Source: Actinomycetota bacterium (GTDB lineage: Bacteria > Actinomycetota > UBA4738 > JACQTL01). From it: 64,000 nt of DNA. Position 1 is the stretch's first letter, and every line of letters starts with the position of its first letter. Shown here piece after piece: positions 46,903 to 56,606 of this stretch. The notes under the pieces were generated by a model, which worked only from the letters and a program-made list of their open reading frames with translations, was not told where the DNA came from and did no database searches. The stretch is from assembly GCA_036394995.1 (NCBI GenBank), contig DASWED010000062.1:21149-85148 (forward strand), given 5' to 3'. The position numbers and the translations under genes were made by a program.

Positions 46903-49194
46903 TCAGCTCGTCGGTGACCCGGTCGGAGAGGCCTCGGGCGCGGGGATCGGCGTCCCGATCCACACGGCGGCGTTCCCGTCGCCCTCGAAGGTGGCGTGGC
47001 CGGCCGCGACCAGCACGCCGTTGACCGAGATGACCGACTTCAGGCGTTCGCTGCCGGGAGCCGACAGCCCGGGGTCCGCCGAAGCCGTCCAGTCGAGGCC
47101 GTCCGGGGACGTCCAGACCGCGGCGTCCAGGGTCTCCGCGGGCCCGCTGGTGCCGACCACGACCACGCCGCCGTCGACCGCGATCGCGTTGTTCATCTCC
47201 TGGTATCCGGGGCGGCGGAGCAGCTCGGGGTCGAGCCGGGTCCATGTCGTCCCGTCCACAGAGGTCCACACGGCCGCGTCGGCGTTCTCCTCGTTGCCGG
47301 ACGAGCCCACCGCGACGAGTCCCGGCCCAGCGGCGACCACCGCCTTCATCGTCTGGTTCCCAGGCGCGTGGAGGCCCAGCTCGTCCTCGCGTGACCAAGT
47401 GGCCCCGTCGAACCGCCAGACCGCCGCGTCGGTATGCCCGGCCCGAGTGTCGCTCCCCACGGCCACCAGCCCGCCCCGGAAGCGGACCAGGTTCCACATT
47501 TCCTGCTGGCCTGGGCCGCTCCCCGAGCTGAGCTGACGCCTGGTCCAGATCGTCCCGTCCGGCGATTCCCACACGGCCGCGTCCCGTCCGCGACCCGGTG
47601 AGGAATCCCAGCCGACCGCAATGATCCCGCCGTCGACCCGGATGACCCGCCTGATCTCCTGATCCCCGCTGGCAACAAGCGCGCCCAGCCCCTCGACGCT
47701 CGACCAGCTCCCACCCGTGACCGACGTCCAGACGCCGCCGTCCTCGTCACCGCCGGGGCCCGCCACTGTTCCAACCGCGATGAACTGGTGGCCGTCGTAC
47801 ACGACCGCCGCCATGTTCTGGTTCCCGGGCCCGGCGCCGGCGCCGATCGTCGCTTTGTCCCACGCGGTCCCGTCGGACGACAGCCACACCGCGGCGTCGG
47901 TGTCCTTGGAGACGCCCTCATAGCCGACCGCCACGATCCTGCCCGCGGCGGCGAACAGTCGGTTGATGGTCTGGTCGCCGGCGCCGTCCAGCAGCCGGCC
48001 CGGGTCGGCGACGCGCTCCCACGTGAATCCCGCGGGGAATGGGGTCTCGGGCCTGGTCGGGGTCTGCGATGGGGTCGGGCTCACCGGGGGCGAGGTCGCC
48101 GCCGAGGGCGACACGCCGGTCGTCGGACCGCCCTGCGGTTCCGACCCCGGCCCGGCGTTCCAGACGAGCACGCCGGCGACCACGGCGACGACGGCGGCGA
48201 CCGAAGCGACGATCGCCCACATCTTCCGCCGGCTCCCACCGGACGGCCGTGCCCGACGGTGGGTCGGCGACCCGGGAGTGCGGCCACCCGAGACTCTGGG
48301 GGCAGCGCCGATCCCCGTCGATGGGCCGGCCGGGAAGTCGACGCCGAGCGCACGCCCGGCCGCCTCCGCGAACTCGACGCAGGTCGCGAAGCGGCGCTCG
48401 CGTGGCTTCGACAGAGCCGTCCGGAGCACGTCGTCGATGGCCGGGGGGAGGTCGGGATTGATCTCGGCGAGGCTCGGCGGACGGTCCTGGAGGTGGGCGT
48501 ACATCACCCCGACGTGGTCGTCCCGGGCGAACGGGACCCGTCCGGCGAGGCACTGGAACAGCACGCAGGCCAGCGAGTACTGGTCGGTCCGGCCGTCGAT
48601 CGTGCCGCCGGTGATCTGCTCCGGGGCCATGTAGTCGATGGTCCCGAGGAACTGGCCGGTGGTGGGGCCGTCCCCCCCGACGCGCTTCGTGATCCCGAAG
48701 TCGGAGAGGTACGCGCGGTACGGTGAGTCAGGCCCGGATCGCCGCTGCAGCAGGATGTTCGCCGGCTTCACGTCCCGGTGCACGAGACCCTGCGCATGGG
48801 CGGCGTCCAGCGCGGAGGCCACCTGCCACACGATCGCGACGGTGTCCCGAGAGTCAAGGACGCCGATCCGGCGGAGCTCCGCGGCCAGGTCGCCTCCCTC
48901 GATGTACTGCATGGAGATGTAGGCGATGTCGCCGGCCTCGCCCGCGTCGTACACGGACACGATGTTGGGATGGTCGAGCGCGGCTGCGGCCCGGGATTCC
49001 CGGAGGAACCGTTCCCGGAGCATGGCGTCGTTCGCGAGGTCGGGGCTCAGCACCTTGATGGCGACCTTTCGGCCCAACCGGAGGTGCTCGCCGAGATAGA
49101 CGACCCCCATCCCGCCACGACCGATCACCGAGTCGATCCGGTGACCGTCGACGATCTCGCCGATGCGAGGCGACGTCGCCATGGCCATCCCCAT
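46903..49194 (-). CDS. Ser/Thr protein kinase with TM and repeat-rich beta-propeller-like extracellular domain
   Basis: ATG at 49194 after an AAGGA Shine-Dalgarno. Kinase motifs 'GRGGMGVVY', 'VAIKVL', 'HRDVKPANILL', 'DFGITK', 'APEQ'. TM 'MWAIVASVAAVVAVVAGVLVW'. About 7 repeats of 'DAAVW.S.DG..W'. Confidence 0.8.
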   Translation of the reverse strand: MGMAMATSPRIGEIVDGHRIDSVIGRGGMGVVYLGEHLRLGRKVAIKVLSPDLANDAMLRERFLRESRAAAALDHPNIVSVYDAGEAGDIAYISMQYIEGGDLAAELRRIGVLDSRDTVAIVWQVASALDAAHAQGLVHRDVKPANILLQRRSGPDSPYRAYLSDFGITKRVGGDGPTTGQFLGTIDYMAPEQITGGTIDGRTDQYSLACVLFQCLAGRVPFARDDHVGVMYAHLQDRPPSLAEINPDLPPAIDDVLRTALSKPRERRFATCVEFAEAAGRALGVDFPAGPSTGIGAAPRVSGGRTPGSPTHRRARPSGGSRRKMWAIVASVAAVVAVVAGVLVWNAGPGSEPQGGPTTGVSPSAATSPPVSPTPSQTPTRPETPFPAGFTWERVADPGRLLDGAGDQTINRLFAAAGRIVAVGYEGVSKDTDAAVWLSSDGTAWDKATIGAGAGPGNQNMAAVVYDGHQFIAVGTVAGPGGDEDGGVWTSVTGGSWSSVEGLGALVASGDQEIRRVIRVDGGIIAVGWDSSPGRGRDAAVWESPDGTIWTRRQLSSGSGPGQQEMWNLVRFRGGLVAVGSDTRAGHTDAAVWRFDGATWSREDELGLHAPGNQTMKAVVAAGPGLVAVGSSGNEENADAAVWTSVDGTTWTRLDPELLRRPGYQEMNNAIAVDGGVVVVGTSGPAETLDAAVWTSPDGLDWTASADPGLSAPGSERLKSVISVNGVLVAAGHATFEGDGNAAVWIGTPIPAPEASPTGSPTS

Positions 49195-49544
49195 CGGTTC
49201 CTTGGGAGCCAGGATGCTCCGACCCGACCCAGTACCGAACGGCCCCCATCCTAGAGGACCCCCCCGGATTCCAGGCGGAATCCCCACGATTCGCCCGCAC
49301 GGCATCGGCCCCACAGACCCGACGAGCCCGCCCGCTGTCCGAGGGGTGCCGTCGTGCTTGCGGTGTTGCCGCGCCTCCGGCGACAGCGTCCGGCGATCCG
49401 ATCGTCCCGACCGGGCGTACGACGAGCGTTCGTTTTCGGCGACGAATCCGGGGCGGGCACCGGCGGTCGTGTTGGTGGGGCACGGCGCGTTCCCTACACT
49501 GACCGGGCCTTCGGGCACCCCGTGATCCACGCGAACTGGAGCCT

Positions 49545-51137
49545 GTGATGTCCCGAGTCCTGCTGATCGGCTGGGACGGCGCCGACTGGCGGATCCTCGA
49601 TCCGCTGCTCGAGGCCGGAGCCCTCCCGAACCTGCGCGCGCTCATCGACCGCGGCGCGAAGGGGATCCTTCGTTCGACGATCCCCACGCACTCGTGGTCG
49701 GCGTGGCCGTCGTTCCTCACCGGCGTGGAGCCCGACGACCACGACGTGTGGGACATCCTCGAACACGACCCGCCGGGCGCCGACAAGCACCTCCCCGTGA
49801 CCTACCGGTCGATCAAGGAGCGCACGTTCCTCCGCGACCTCACCGCCGCGGACAAGGAGCAGCTCATCGTGAACGTGCCGCTCACGTTCCCACCGCCCGA
49901 GGTCAAGGGCCGGCTCATCGCGGGCGGCGTGCTGCCGAAGGGCAAGCCGTTCACGTGGCCCCATTCGCTGGCCGACGACCTGGAGCGGTCCGGCACGCCG
50001 TGGCCGATCAACGGGATGTCGTGGACCACGTACCACAACAAGATCGAGCCGTACCTCGAGGAGGTCCACCGGGTCACGAGGCCCCGGATCGCCGCCTCGC
50101 TGAAGCTGATCGACGAGACCGACTGGGACGTGGCGACGTTCGTGTTCTTCTCGACGGACCGGGTCCAGCACTGCCTGTCGGAGTTCCTGTCCACCGACCA
50201 CCCGGACTACGCGAGGAACGCGAAGACGCCGGTGGCGGAGAAGATCCGCGACGTCTACCGGATGCTCGACGACGCGCTGGGCCAGCTCGTGGCGAAGGCC
50301 CGCGACGACGACCTGGTGATCTTCATGTCGGACCACGGGTTCCAGTCGTGCACGCGGGCCGTCCACATGGACCAGCTGCTGAAGAAGCTGGGGTTCCTCC
50401 AGTTCTCGGCGTCGCAGGCCGTGTACGGGCCGATGCAGTGGGGCCCTGTGCGGGCCGCGGCGCGGAAGGTCTACGACATGCTCGGCCTCCACGGGAAGGT
50501 GGCGCTCCGCCAGCCAGTGAACTGGTCGAAGACCAGCGCCTACACTTCGATCCGCTCCACCGGCGAGGGCGTCAGCGTGAACCTGCAGGGCCGCGAGGTG
50601 AGCGGATCGGTGCGGCCCGAGGACTACGAGGTGGTCCGCGACGATGTCGCGGCCCGGATCGAGTCGTTCGTGGACCCGGCCACCGGCCGGTCGCCGGTGA
50701 AGAAGGTGTGGCGCCGCGAGGAGCTGTTCAAGGGGAAGTTCCTGGAGTCCGCCCCGGACCTGATCTTCGAACCGGCCCCGCTGTACTCGCTGACCCATGC
50801 CAAGTCCGCGGCGGAGGCGGCCGACTGGGTGTCGGGTGACCACCGGATCGAGGGCGTGATCGCCGCGGTGGGCCCCAACGTGGCCCCCGACGCGTTCGAG
50901 CAGCAGCCCCCGAACCTCATCGACCTCGCCCCCACCATCCTGGCCGCGCTGGATGCGCCCGCCTCCGTGCAGCACACGGGCAAGGTGCTGCGCCCGCTGG
51001 TGGGACGGGACGCCGCCGTCCGGTCCGGCGAGGCGACGCCGGACGCGGCCATCCCCGGCATGGACCAGGCCGCCGTGAGCGAGACCGAGGCCGACGAGAT
51101 GGAGGAGCACCTCCGCGGCCTCGGCTACCTCGAGTAG
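49545..51137 (+). CDS. Alkaline-phosphatase-superfamily type I phosphodiesterase/nucleotide pyrophosphatase-like protein
   Basis: 'LLIGWDGADW', 'PTHSWSAWPSFLTG', 'DHGF' metal-site motifs of the Phosphodiest family. No signal peptide. Confidence 0.75.
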   Translation: MMSRVLLIGWDGADWRILDPLLEAGALPNLRALIDRGAKGILRSTIPTHSWSAWPSFLTGVEPDDHDVWDILEHDPPGADKHLPVTYRSIKERTFLRDLTAADKEQLIVNVPLTFPPPEVKGRLIAGGVLPKGKPFTWPHSLADDLERSGTPWPINGMSWTTYHNKIEPYLEEVHRVTRPRIAASLKLIDETDWDVATFVFFSTDRVQHCLSEFLSTDHPDYARNAKTPVAEKIRDVYRMLDDALGQLVAKARDDDLVIFMSDHGFQSCTRAVHMDQLLKKLGFLQFSASQAVYGPMQWGPVRAAARKVYDMLGLHGKVALRQPVNWSKTSAYTSIRSTGEGVSVNLQGREVSGSVRPEDYEVVRDDVAARIESFVDPATGRSPVKKVWRREELFKGKFLESAPDLIFEPAPLYSLTHAKSAAEAADWVSGDHRIEGVIAAVGPNVAPDAFEQQPPNLIDLAPTILAALDAPASVQHTGKVLRPLVGRDAAVRSGEATPDAAIPGMDQAAVSETEADEMEEHLRGLGYLE

Positions 51138-51141
51138 CGCG

Positions 51142-52830
51142 TTGGCACACGAGACAGAACCCGGGCTCGACGCGGACGAACGCGCGGACGAGGCGGCCGA
51201 GGGGGCGGGGCTGCCGTTCGAACACCGTCACGCCGGCGGGGCGGTACCGGCTCCCGCGCCGGGACGGAAGGGGTTCCGCGCCGCACTCGACTCCGTGCTC
51301 CCCCGGAGCGAGTTCGCGGACCAGCGCGACATCCTCGGCGGGGCCGGCCAGAACGTGATCGGGCTGGTGGCCGGGGTCCTGGCCACGTTCGCCACCCAGA
51401 TCGTCATGACCCGCACGCTGGGCGCCTCCCTGTTCGGGGTGGTGGTGGTGGCCACACAGTTCGCGTTCATCGCCAGCGCCGCCACGCGGTTCGGCATGGA
51501 CGTGGCGAACGTCCGCCTGGTGGCCATCCTGGTCGGCCGGGGCGAGCACGGCCGCGTTCGCGCGCTGGTCCGGAAGTCCGCGGTCATCGCCACGGTGGTC
51601 AGCGCGGCCTTCGCCCTGCTGACGTTCGCGTTCTCGAGCTTCCTGGGCCGGTCCCTGACGTCCCGGCCGGTCCAGGGGAAGGAGGCCTTCTGGGCGGCGG
51701 CGTTCACGATCCCGTTCGCCGCGGTGACGTGGGCCTACCTGGGGGGGACGCGTGGCCTGAAGATCATGCGGCACACCCTGTACATCTTCTGGATCGGCCA
51801 GCCGGTGGGGTGGATCGCGTTCGCGATCGCGGGGTGGTTCGTGGCCAAGAACGCCGGGATCACCACGCTGGCCTACGGCCTGTCCTGGGCGGTGGCGTGC
51901 GCGCTGGCGCTCTGGGCGTGGGAGCGCGAGACCCGGCGGTTCGACGCCCGGACCGAGGGCGGCGGGATCCCCGAGGAGCGTCTCGGCGCACTGCTGAAGT
52001 TCGGCGCGTTCCGGGCCCCGGCCACGCTGTTCGCCCAGCTGCTGTTCTGGACCGACCTGTTCGTGCTGGCCAGGTTCGTCCCTTCGGACATCGTGGGCGT
52101 GTACGGAGCTGCGGTGCGGACCGCGCAGTCACTCCTGCTGTTCCTGACCTCGCTGTCGCTGGTGTTCAGCCCCTTCGTGGCCGACCTCCACGCCCGTGGC
52201 GAGCGCGACAAGCTCGACGCGCTGTACAAGAACGTGACCCGGTGGGGCCTGGCCGCCACCCTCCCGGTGCTGCTGGCCCTGGCCATCCTCCCGGCGCCGA
52301 TCCTGCGGGTGTTCGGGGAGGACTTCACGAAGGGCGACTCGGCGCTGGTGATCCTGATCCTGGGGATGATCGTCCCGGTCTCGGTGGGGACGGTGGGGTT
52401 CATCCTGATCATGGTGGGCCGGACCGGATGGGACCTCCTCGTGTACGCGGGGTCGTTCGTGATCGACATCGGGATCGCGTTCGCCCTGGCCCGGCCCTCG
52501 GTGCTGGGGATGCGGGGAGCGGCGATCGCCCAGGCCGTCACGCTGACGTCCTCGGCGGTGGCCCGGTTGCTGCTGGTGAAGCGGTTCGTGGGCATCTGGC
52601 CGTTCGACCGGTGGTTCCTCCGGCTGGCGCCGCCCGCGGTTGCCGGGGGCCTGGCCATGTGGGGGGCCCACGCCCTGCTGTCCGGCCCGAAGTGGCTCAT
52701 CGACCTGGGCGGCTCCGCCATCGCCGGCGTCGTGGTCTACGCGGTCGTCCTGGTGGCGTTCGGGCTGCGCCCAGGCGAACGGCGGACCATCCTGTCGCTG
52801 GCCTCACGCCTCCGGGGCCGCGCCGCGTAG
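51142..52830 (+). CDS. Polysaccharide biosynthesis protein, MOP/Wzx-like flippase
   Basis: About 14 TM segments. Polysacc_synt-type N-region. TTG or another start is uncertain, since the N-terminal ~80 aa are hydrophilic. Confidence 0.7.
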   Translation: MAHETEPGLDADERADEAAEGAGLPFEHRHAGGAVPAPAPGRKGFRAALDSVLPRSEFADQRDILGGAGQNVIGLVAGVLATFATQIVMTRTLGASLFGVVVVATQFAFIASAATRFGMDVANVRLVAILVGRGEHGRVRALVRKSAVIATVVSAAFALLTFAFSSFLGRSLTSRPVQGKEAFWAAAFTIPFAAVTWAYLGGTRGLKIMRHTLYIFWIGQPVGWIAFAIAGWFVAKNAGITTLAYGLSWAVACALALWAWERETRRFDARTEGGGIPEERLGALLKFGAFRAPATLFAQLLFWTDLFVLARFVPSDIVGVYGAAVRTAQSLLLFLTSLSLVFSPFVADLHARGERDKLDALYKNVTRWGLAATLPVLLALAILPAPILRVFGEDFTKGDSALVILILGMIVPVSVGTVGFILIMVGRTGWDLLVYAGSFVIDIGIAFALARPSVLGMRGAAIAQAVTLTSSAVARLLLVKRFVGIWPFDRWFLRLAPPAVAGGLAMWGAHALLSGPKWLIDLGGSAIAGVVVYAVVLVAFGLRPGERRTILSLASRLRGRAA

Positions 52831-52853
52831 GGCAGGGCCGCCGCGCGGGTCCG

Positions 52854-53210
52854 TCAGCGGAATGCCGGCGAACGGGGCCCCTGGGGGGTCGCGTGCTCCC
52901 GGGACAGGACCTCGAGCTGGCGGCGGAGGACCCGAACCTCGAGCTCGAGCGTCGCCAGGCGGCCGGCCTCGCGACGGCGGTCGATGCCCGCCCCGGGATG
53001 GGCCCGGCGCCACAGCAGCACCGCGCCCAGGGCCACCAGCCCCACCGCGGCCACGGCGAGGACCGCGGAGACCAGCGCCACGTCGCCGGCCGTGAGGTCG
53101 GTGGCGGCGCCGAACAGGGACACGGGCCCGGCGTCGCCGTTCGTGACCGCGAGGTCGGCCACGACGACGGCCGAGCCCAAGCCGAGCACGATGAGCGCGA
53201 TTCCGATCAT
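52854..53210 (-). CDS. Hypothetical membrane protein with C-terminal coiled-coil/basic segment
   Basis: High GC3. Two hydrophobic helices, then 'RREAGRLATLELEVRVLRRQLEVLSRE'. Confidence 0.5.
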   Translation of the reverse strand: MIGIALIVLGLGSAVVVADLAVTNGDAGPVSLFGAATDLTAGDVALVSAVLAVAAVGLVALGAVLLWRRAHPGAGIDRRREAGRLATLELEVRVLRRQLEVLSREHATPQGPRSPAFR

Positions 53211-53285
53211 GTCGAGTGGTGGGGCGCGGTCACGGGTGCCGGAAGCGTTCCCCCGGCCGTCCGGGGCGAAACCGCGGCGCCGGGC

Positions 53286-53978
53286 CTAAGCCGATCGCGG
53301 CCCCAGGACGCCGATCACTCCGGGCGGGCCCACCCATACCCGGCCGTCGCTCGAGACCCCGCCTGCCTCCTGCACCACGACCACGTCGTCGCGCGCCGCC
53401 GGCACGATCACCACCTCGTCGTCCGCTTCAGGGATCTGAACGACCTCGTCTCCCCAGGAGGTCGATCGGGCGGATCCGTTGGAACGGCGTGGCCAGGGGT
53501 CGCCGACCGGCTCGGTCCACGAGATGTCCGCCTCGGCTGCGAGGATGGCGTCGAGTTCGGCCACGGACCAGAGATCGTCGGGTTCCTCCACGGACCATGG
53601 ATCGTCGTCGGGTTCCTCGCCGAACAGGCGGCCGATCCCCACCTGCTCCTCCGAGGGGACACCCACTCCGCCCTCCACGCCGGAGGCCATCCGGAGTGCG
53701 CCGGACCCGACGATCATCAGCCCCGGAAGGAACGCCGCGCCGGACCCGATGGTGGCGGGGACGAACGCGAGCAGCAGCAGCAGGATCGCCACCGAGAGCG
53801 CCGGGGCCGACCGGGGCATCCCGAAGGCCAGGAACCCGGCCGCGGTCCCCGCCAGAAGCCCCAGGACCGCGATCCCGGGCGCGCCTCCCGGCCAGGACGT
53901 GATCCAGTACGCCGTATAGAAGGATCCGGCCAGGGCCACCGCCCCGCCGATCCGCGCGATCACCGCGTTCGCGTCCAT
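53286..53978 (-). CDS. Hypothetical 4-TM membrane protein with acidic Trp-containing C-terminal repeats
   Basis: ATG at 53978 after a GGGGGTGG Shine-Dalgarno-like tract. C-terminal 'EEPDDDPWSVEEPDDLWSV' is encoded by a tandem DNA repeat. Confidence 0.5.
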   Translation of the reverse strand: MDANAVIARIGGAVALAGSFYTAYWITSWPGGAPGIAVLGLLAGTAAGFLAFGMPRSAPALSVAILLLLLAFVPATIGSGAAFLPGLMIVGSGALRMASGVEGGVGVPSEEQVGIGRLFGEEPDDDPWSVEEPDDLWSVAELDAILAAEADISWTEPVGDPWPRRSNGSARSTSWGDEVVQIPEADDEVVIVPAARDDVVVVQEAGGVSSDGRVWVGPPGVIGVLGPRSA

Positions 53979-54162
53979 CACCACCCCCCGAATTCCCCGC
54001 ACCGCCACCGGCCAACCGGGACTTTCGGCCCGTTTCGGGCCGCCCGAACGACGAATGCTCCACTCGCGGTGGGGGAACCGCGCCCGGGGAAGTACACACC
54101 GGATCGAGAACGGCCCGCAATCGGTCTTTGGTCGGTGGACTTGTAGCCCGTTCGATGGGGAG

Positions 54163-54654
54163 TCAGGACCGCCCGGCCAGGCGGAGGGCGGACGCCACGG
54201 CCTCGGCCGGGGTGTCGGCGGCGTGGATGCCGGGGACGGGCTCGCCGCGGCGGACCAGCTCCCAGGTGCGCAAGCCCACGACGGGCCGGCCGATCTTCAG
54301 CGCGAACGCGATCTCGGAGAGCGTCCCGAACTCCCCGCCCACCGCGATCACCGAGTCCGCGGACCGGGCGATGAGCGCGTTGCGCATCTCGCCCATGCCG
54401 GTGGGGATGGCGAACGTGACGTACGGGTTGGCCTCCCCCCGGTCGAACCCGGGGAGGATGCCCATCGAGGTCCCGCCGGCGTCGGCGGCCCCCCGGCACG
54501 CGGCCTCCATCACGCCGGTGGAGCCCCCGCACACGACCACCGCGCCGGCCCGGGCCAGGAGGCGCCCCACCTCCTCGGCCCAGGCCTCCTCCTCGTGCGA
54601 GGCAACCCCCGGCCCCACCACGGCGACGTACAAGGCGGCCGGGTCGGGCGGCAC
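54163..54654 (-). CDS. TIGR00725/LOG-superfamily Rossmann protein (SLOG-like)
   Basis: 'VAVVGPG...VVCGGSTGVMEAACRGA...GILP...IAVGGEFGTLSEIAFAL' matches the LOG/DprA-like nucleotide-binding fold. Confidence 0.7.
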   Translation of the reverse strand: MPPDPAALYVAVVGPGVASHEEEAWAEEVGRLLARAGAVVVCGGSTGVMEAACRGAADAGGTSMGILPGFDRGEANPYVTFAIPTGMGEMRNALIARSADSVIAVGGEFGTLSEIAFALKIGRPVVGLRTWELVRRGEPVPGIHAADTPAEAVASALRLAGRS

Positions 54655-54659
54655 CGGCC

Positions 54660-56552
54660 TCAGTGCTCGCAGCCCGATTTCGAGCCGGTGCCGGGCCCCT
54701 GCTTGCAGGTGTCGATGCCGGCCCCGCCGGACATGTCGTCGTTGCCGGGGCCGCCCTTCAGCGTGTCCTTCCCGCCCAGGCCGAAGAGGGCGTCGTCGCC
54801 CGCGCCACCGGAGAGCACGTTGGCCAGCGCGGAGCCGGTGAGGTGGTCGTCGTTCCCGGATCCGCGGAGGCGCTCGACGCTCGACAGCACGTCGTCGCCG
54901 TCCCCACTCGCGCTGCCTTGAGCCAGGCTCGCCGTGATGGCCGCGCCGGCGCCGGCGTACGACGCGGTGTCCGGTCCGGTCCCGCCGGCCACGGTGTCGG
55001 TCCCCGGTCCCGGGACCAGCACGTCGGGGCCCCCGAGCCCGGTGAGCGTGTCCCCGCCCCCGCCCCCCACCAGGCGGTTCGCCGAGGTCGATCCGGTGAT
55101 CTGGTCGCTGCCGTCGCCGCCGACCACGTCCTCCACGTCCGCGTGGATGTTGTCGACGCCCTGTTCGGGGTGCCCGACCACGTGGTCGTTCTTCGAGCCG
55201 TCCAGCGAGAGCTTCATGTCTCCGGTGTGGTTCGACTCGTCCACGGCATCGCGGCCCGGACCGCCGATGAACACGTCGGAGCCGTCCTCGGTGATGACCC
55301 CGAGGTCCGCCCGCCGACCCCCGAACAGGTGGTCGTTGCCGCCGCCGCCCACCAGGACGTCGTCGCCGTCCGACCCGTACAGCCAGTTCGCCTTCGAGCT
55401 CCCCGTGAGCTGGTCGTCGTCCAGGGAGCCGATCACCCCCTCCACGTCGGGCTCGACGTTGTCGCCCTCCCCGCCGCCGCCGTCGTTCGCCGTGCCCTCG
55501 AACGTCACGCTCACCGAGGTCGTGCGGGGGTCGTAGGAGACCGTGTCGCGCCCCTTGCCTCCGTGGAACGTGTCGGCCCCCGCGCCCGCCGTGAGCGTGT
55601 CGTTGCCGGGCCCGCCGTTGATCGCGTTCGTCCCCTCGCCGCCGTTGATGAACTGTCCCCCGGGTCCCCCGACGATCGTGTCGTCCCCATCCCCGGTCTG
55701 GATGCGCTCGATGTCGCTCCCAACGTTGTCGTGCTCTCCGGCGGCACCGTCGTTCGCCACCCCGTCCTGCGTCACCGTCACGTCGGTGGGGCCGAAGTAC
55801 ATGATGGTGTCCTCGCCCGCCCCTCCCTTGACCGTGTCCCCGAGCTCGGGCGGGCCCAGGAAGAAGGCGTCGTCCCCGTTCCCGCCGATCGCCACGTCCG
55901 CCCCGGCCTGGTCGAATACCCGGAGCTTCCCCGACAGCGGGCCCGTTCCGCTGCCTCCGATCCCCGATCCGGAGACGACGTCGTTCCCGCCGCCGCCCCG
56001 GAAGTCGATGGACCCGGTGAGGGAGGGGATGGACACGTCCGAGTCCGGGGTCGCGCCGTCGGCGTCCGCGTTGAGGTTGATGCGCTCCCCCAGCGGGATC
56101 CCCATGAAGAGGCCTACCCCGAGCGTGACGTGGTCTGCGCCCGTCGTGCCGGTGACCTCGGCCACGGTCGAGCCCCCCAGGTGGGACATGACGAACTCGA
56201 TCTCGCTGGAGCCGTCGCTCTCAGTGGTGAAGCCCGGCCCGAGGGGGCCGTGGGACAGGTCGAACTCGAGGGCGGCGATCGAGTTGCCCATGTCCACGTT
56301 CACGCGGTCCACGACCGTGACCGCCCCGCAGCTGGTCCCCCCCACGGTGACGTTGTTCGAGGCGGAACGCGTCACCGCGACGTCGGTGGTGTCGCCCGAG
56401 ACGTCCGCGTCCGCGATGTGGGTGGACGGATTCAGCGTGCACGACACGAACGCCATCGCCGGCGGCGCCGCCACGAGCTGCAGGCCCGTCAGGAGCATGC
56501 CCCCGACGAGCGCGACGAGTGCCCGACGCACGCCCCCCTGCCCGGCTCGCAT
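54660..56552 (-). CDS. Sec-secreted calcium-binding RTX-like repeat protein
   Basis: Signal peptide 'MRAGQGGVRRALVALVGGMLLTGLQLVAAPPAMA'. Many GGxGxDxL/F nonapeptide repeats ('GGAGEDTIMY', 'GGPGNDTLTAGAGADTFHGGKGRDTV', 'GGGGNDHLFG', 'GGAGDDALFGLGGKDTL'). Confidence 0.75.
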   Translation of the reverse strand: MRAGQGGVRRALVALVGGMLLTGLQLVAAPPAMAFVSCTLNPSTHIADADVSGDTTDVAVTRSASNNVTVGGTSCGAVTVVDRVNVDMGNSIAALEFDLSHGPLGPGFTTESDGSSEIEFVMSHLGGSTVAEVTGTTGADHVTLGVGLFMGIPLGERINLNADADGATPDSDVSIPSLTGSIDFRGGGGNDVVSGSGIGGSGTGPLSGKLRVFDQAGADVAIGGNGDDAFFLGPPELGDTVKGGAGEDTIMYFGPTDVTVTQDGVANDGAAGEHDNVGSDIERIQTGDGDDTIVGGPGGQFINGGEGTNAINGGPGNDTLTAGAGADTFHGGKGRDTVSYDPRTTSVSVTFEGTANDGGGGEGDNVEPDVEGVIGSLDDDQLTGSSKANWLYGSDGDDVLVGGGGNDHLFGGRRADLGVITEDGSDVFIGGPGRDAVDESNHTGDMKLSLDGSKNDHVVGHPEQGVDNIHADVEDVVGGDGSDQITGSTSANRLVGGGGGDTLTGLGGPDVLVPGPGTDTVAGGTGPDTASYAGAGAAITASLAQGSASGDGDDVLSSVERLRGSGNDDHLTGSALANVLSGGAGDDALFGLGGKDTLKGGPGNDDMSGGAGIDTCKQGPGTGSKSGCEH

Positions 56553-56606
56553 GAGAACCGGAGTACAACCGTCTTCGGCCGACCTGTCAACGGCAAGGGG
56601 CCGGCG

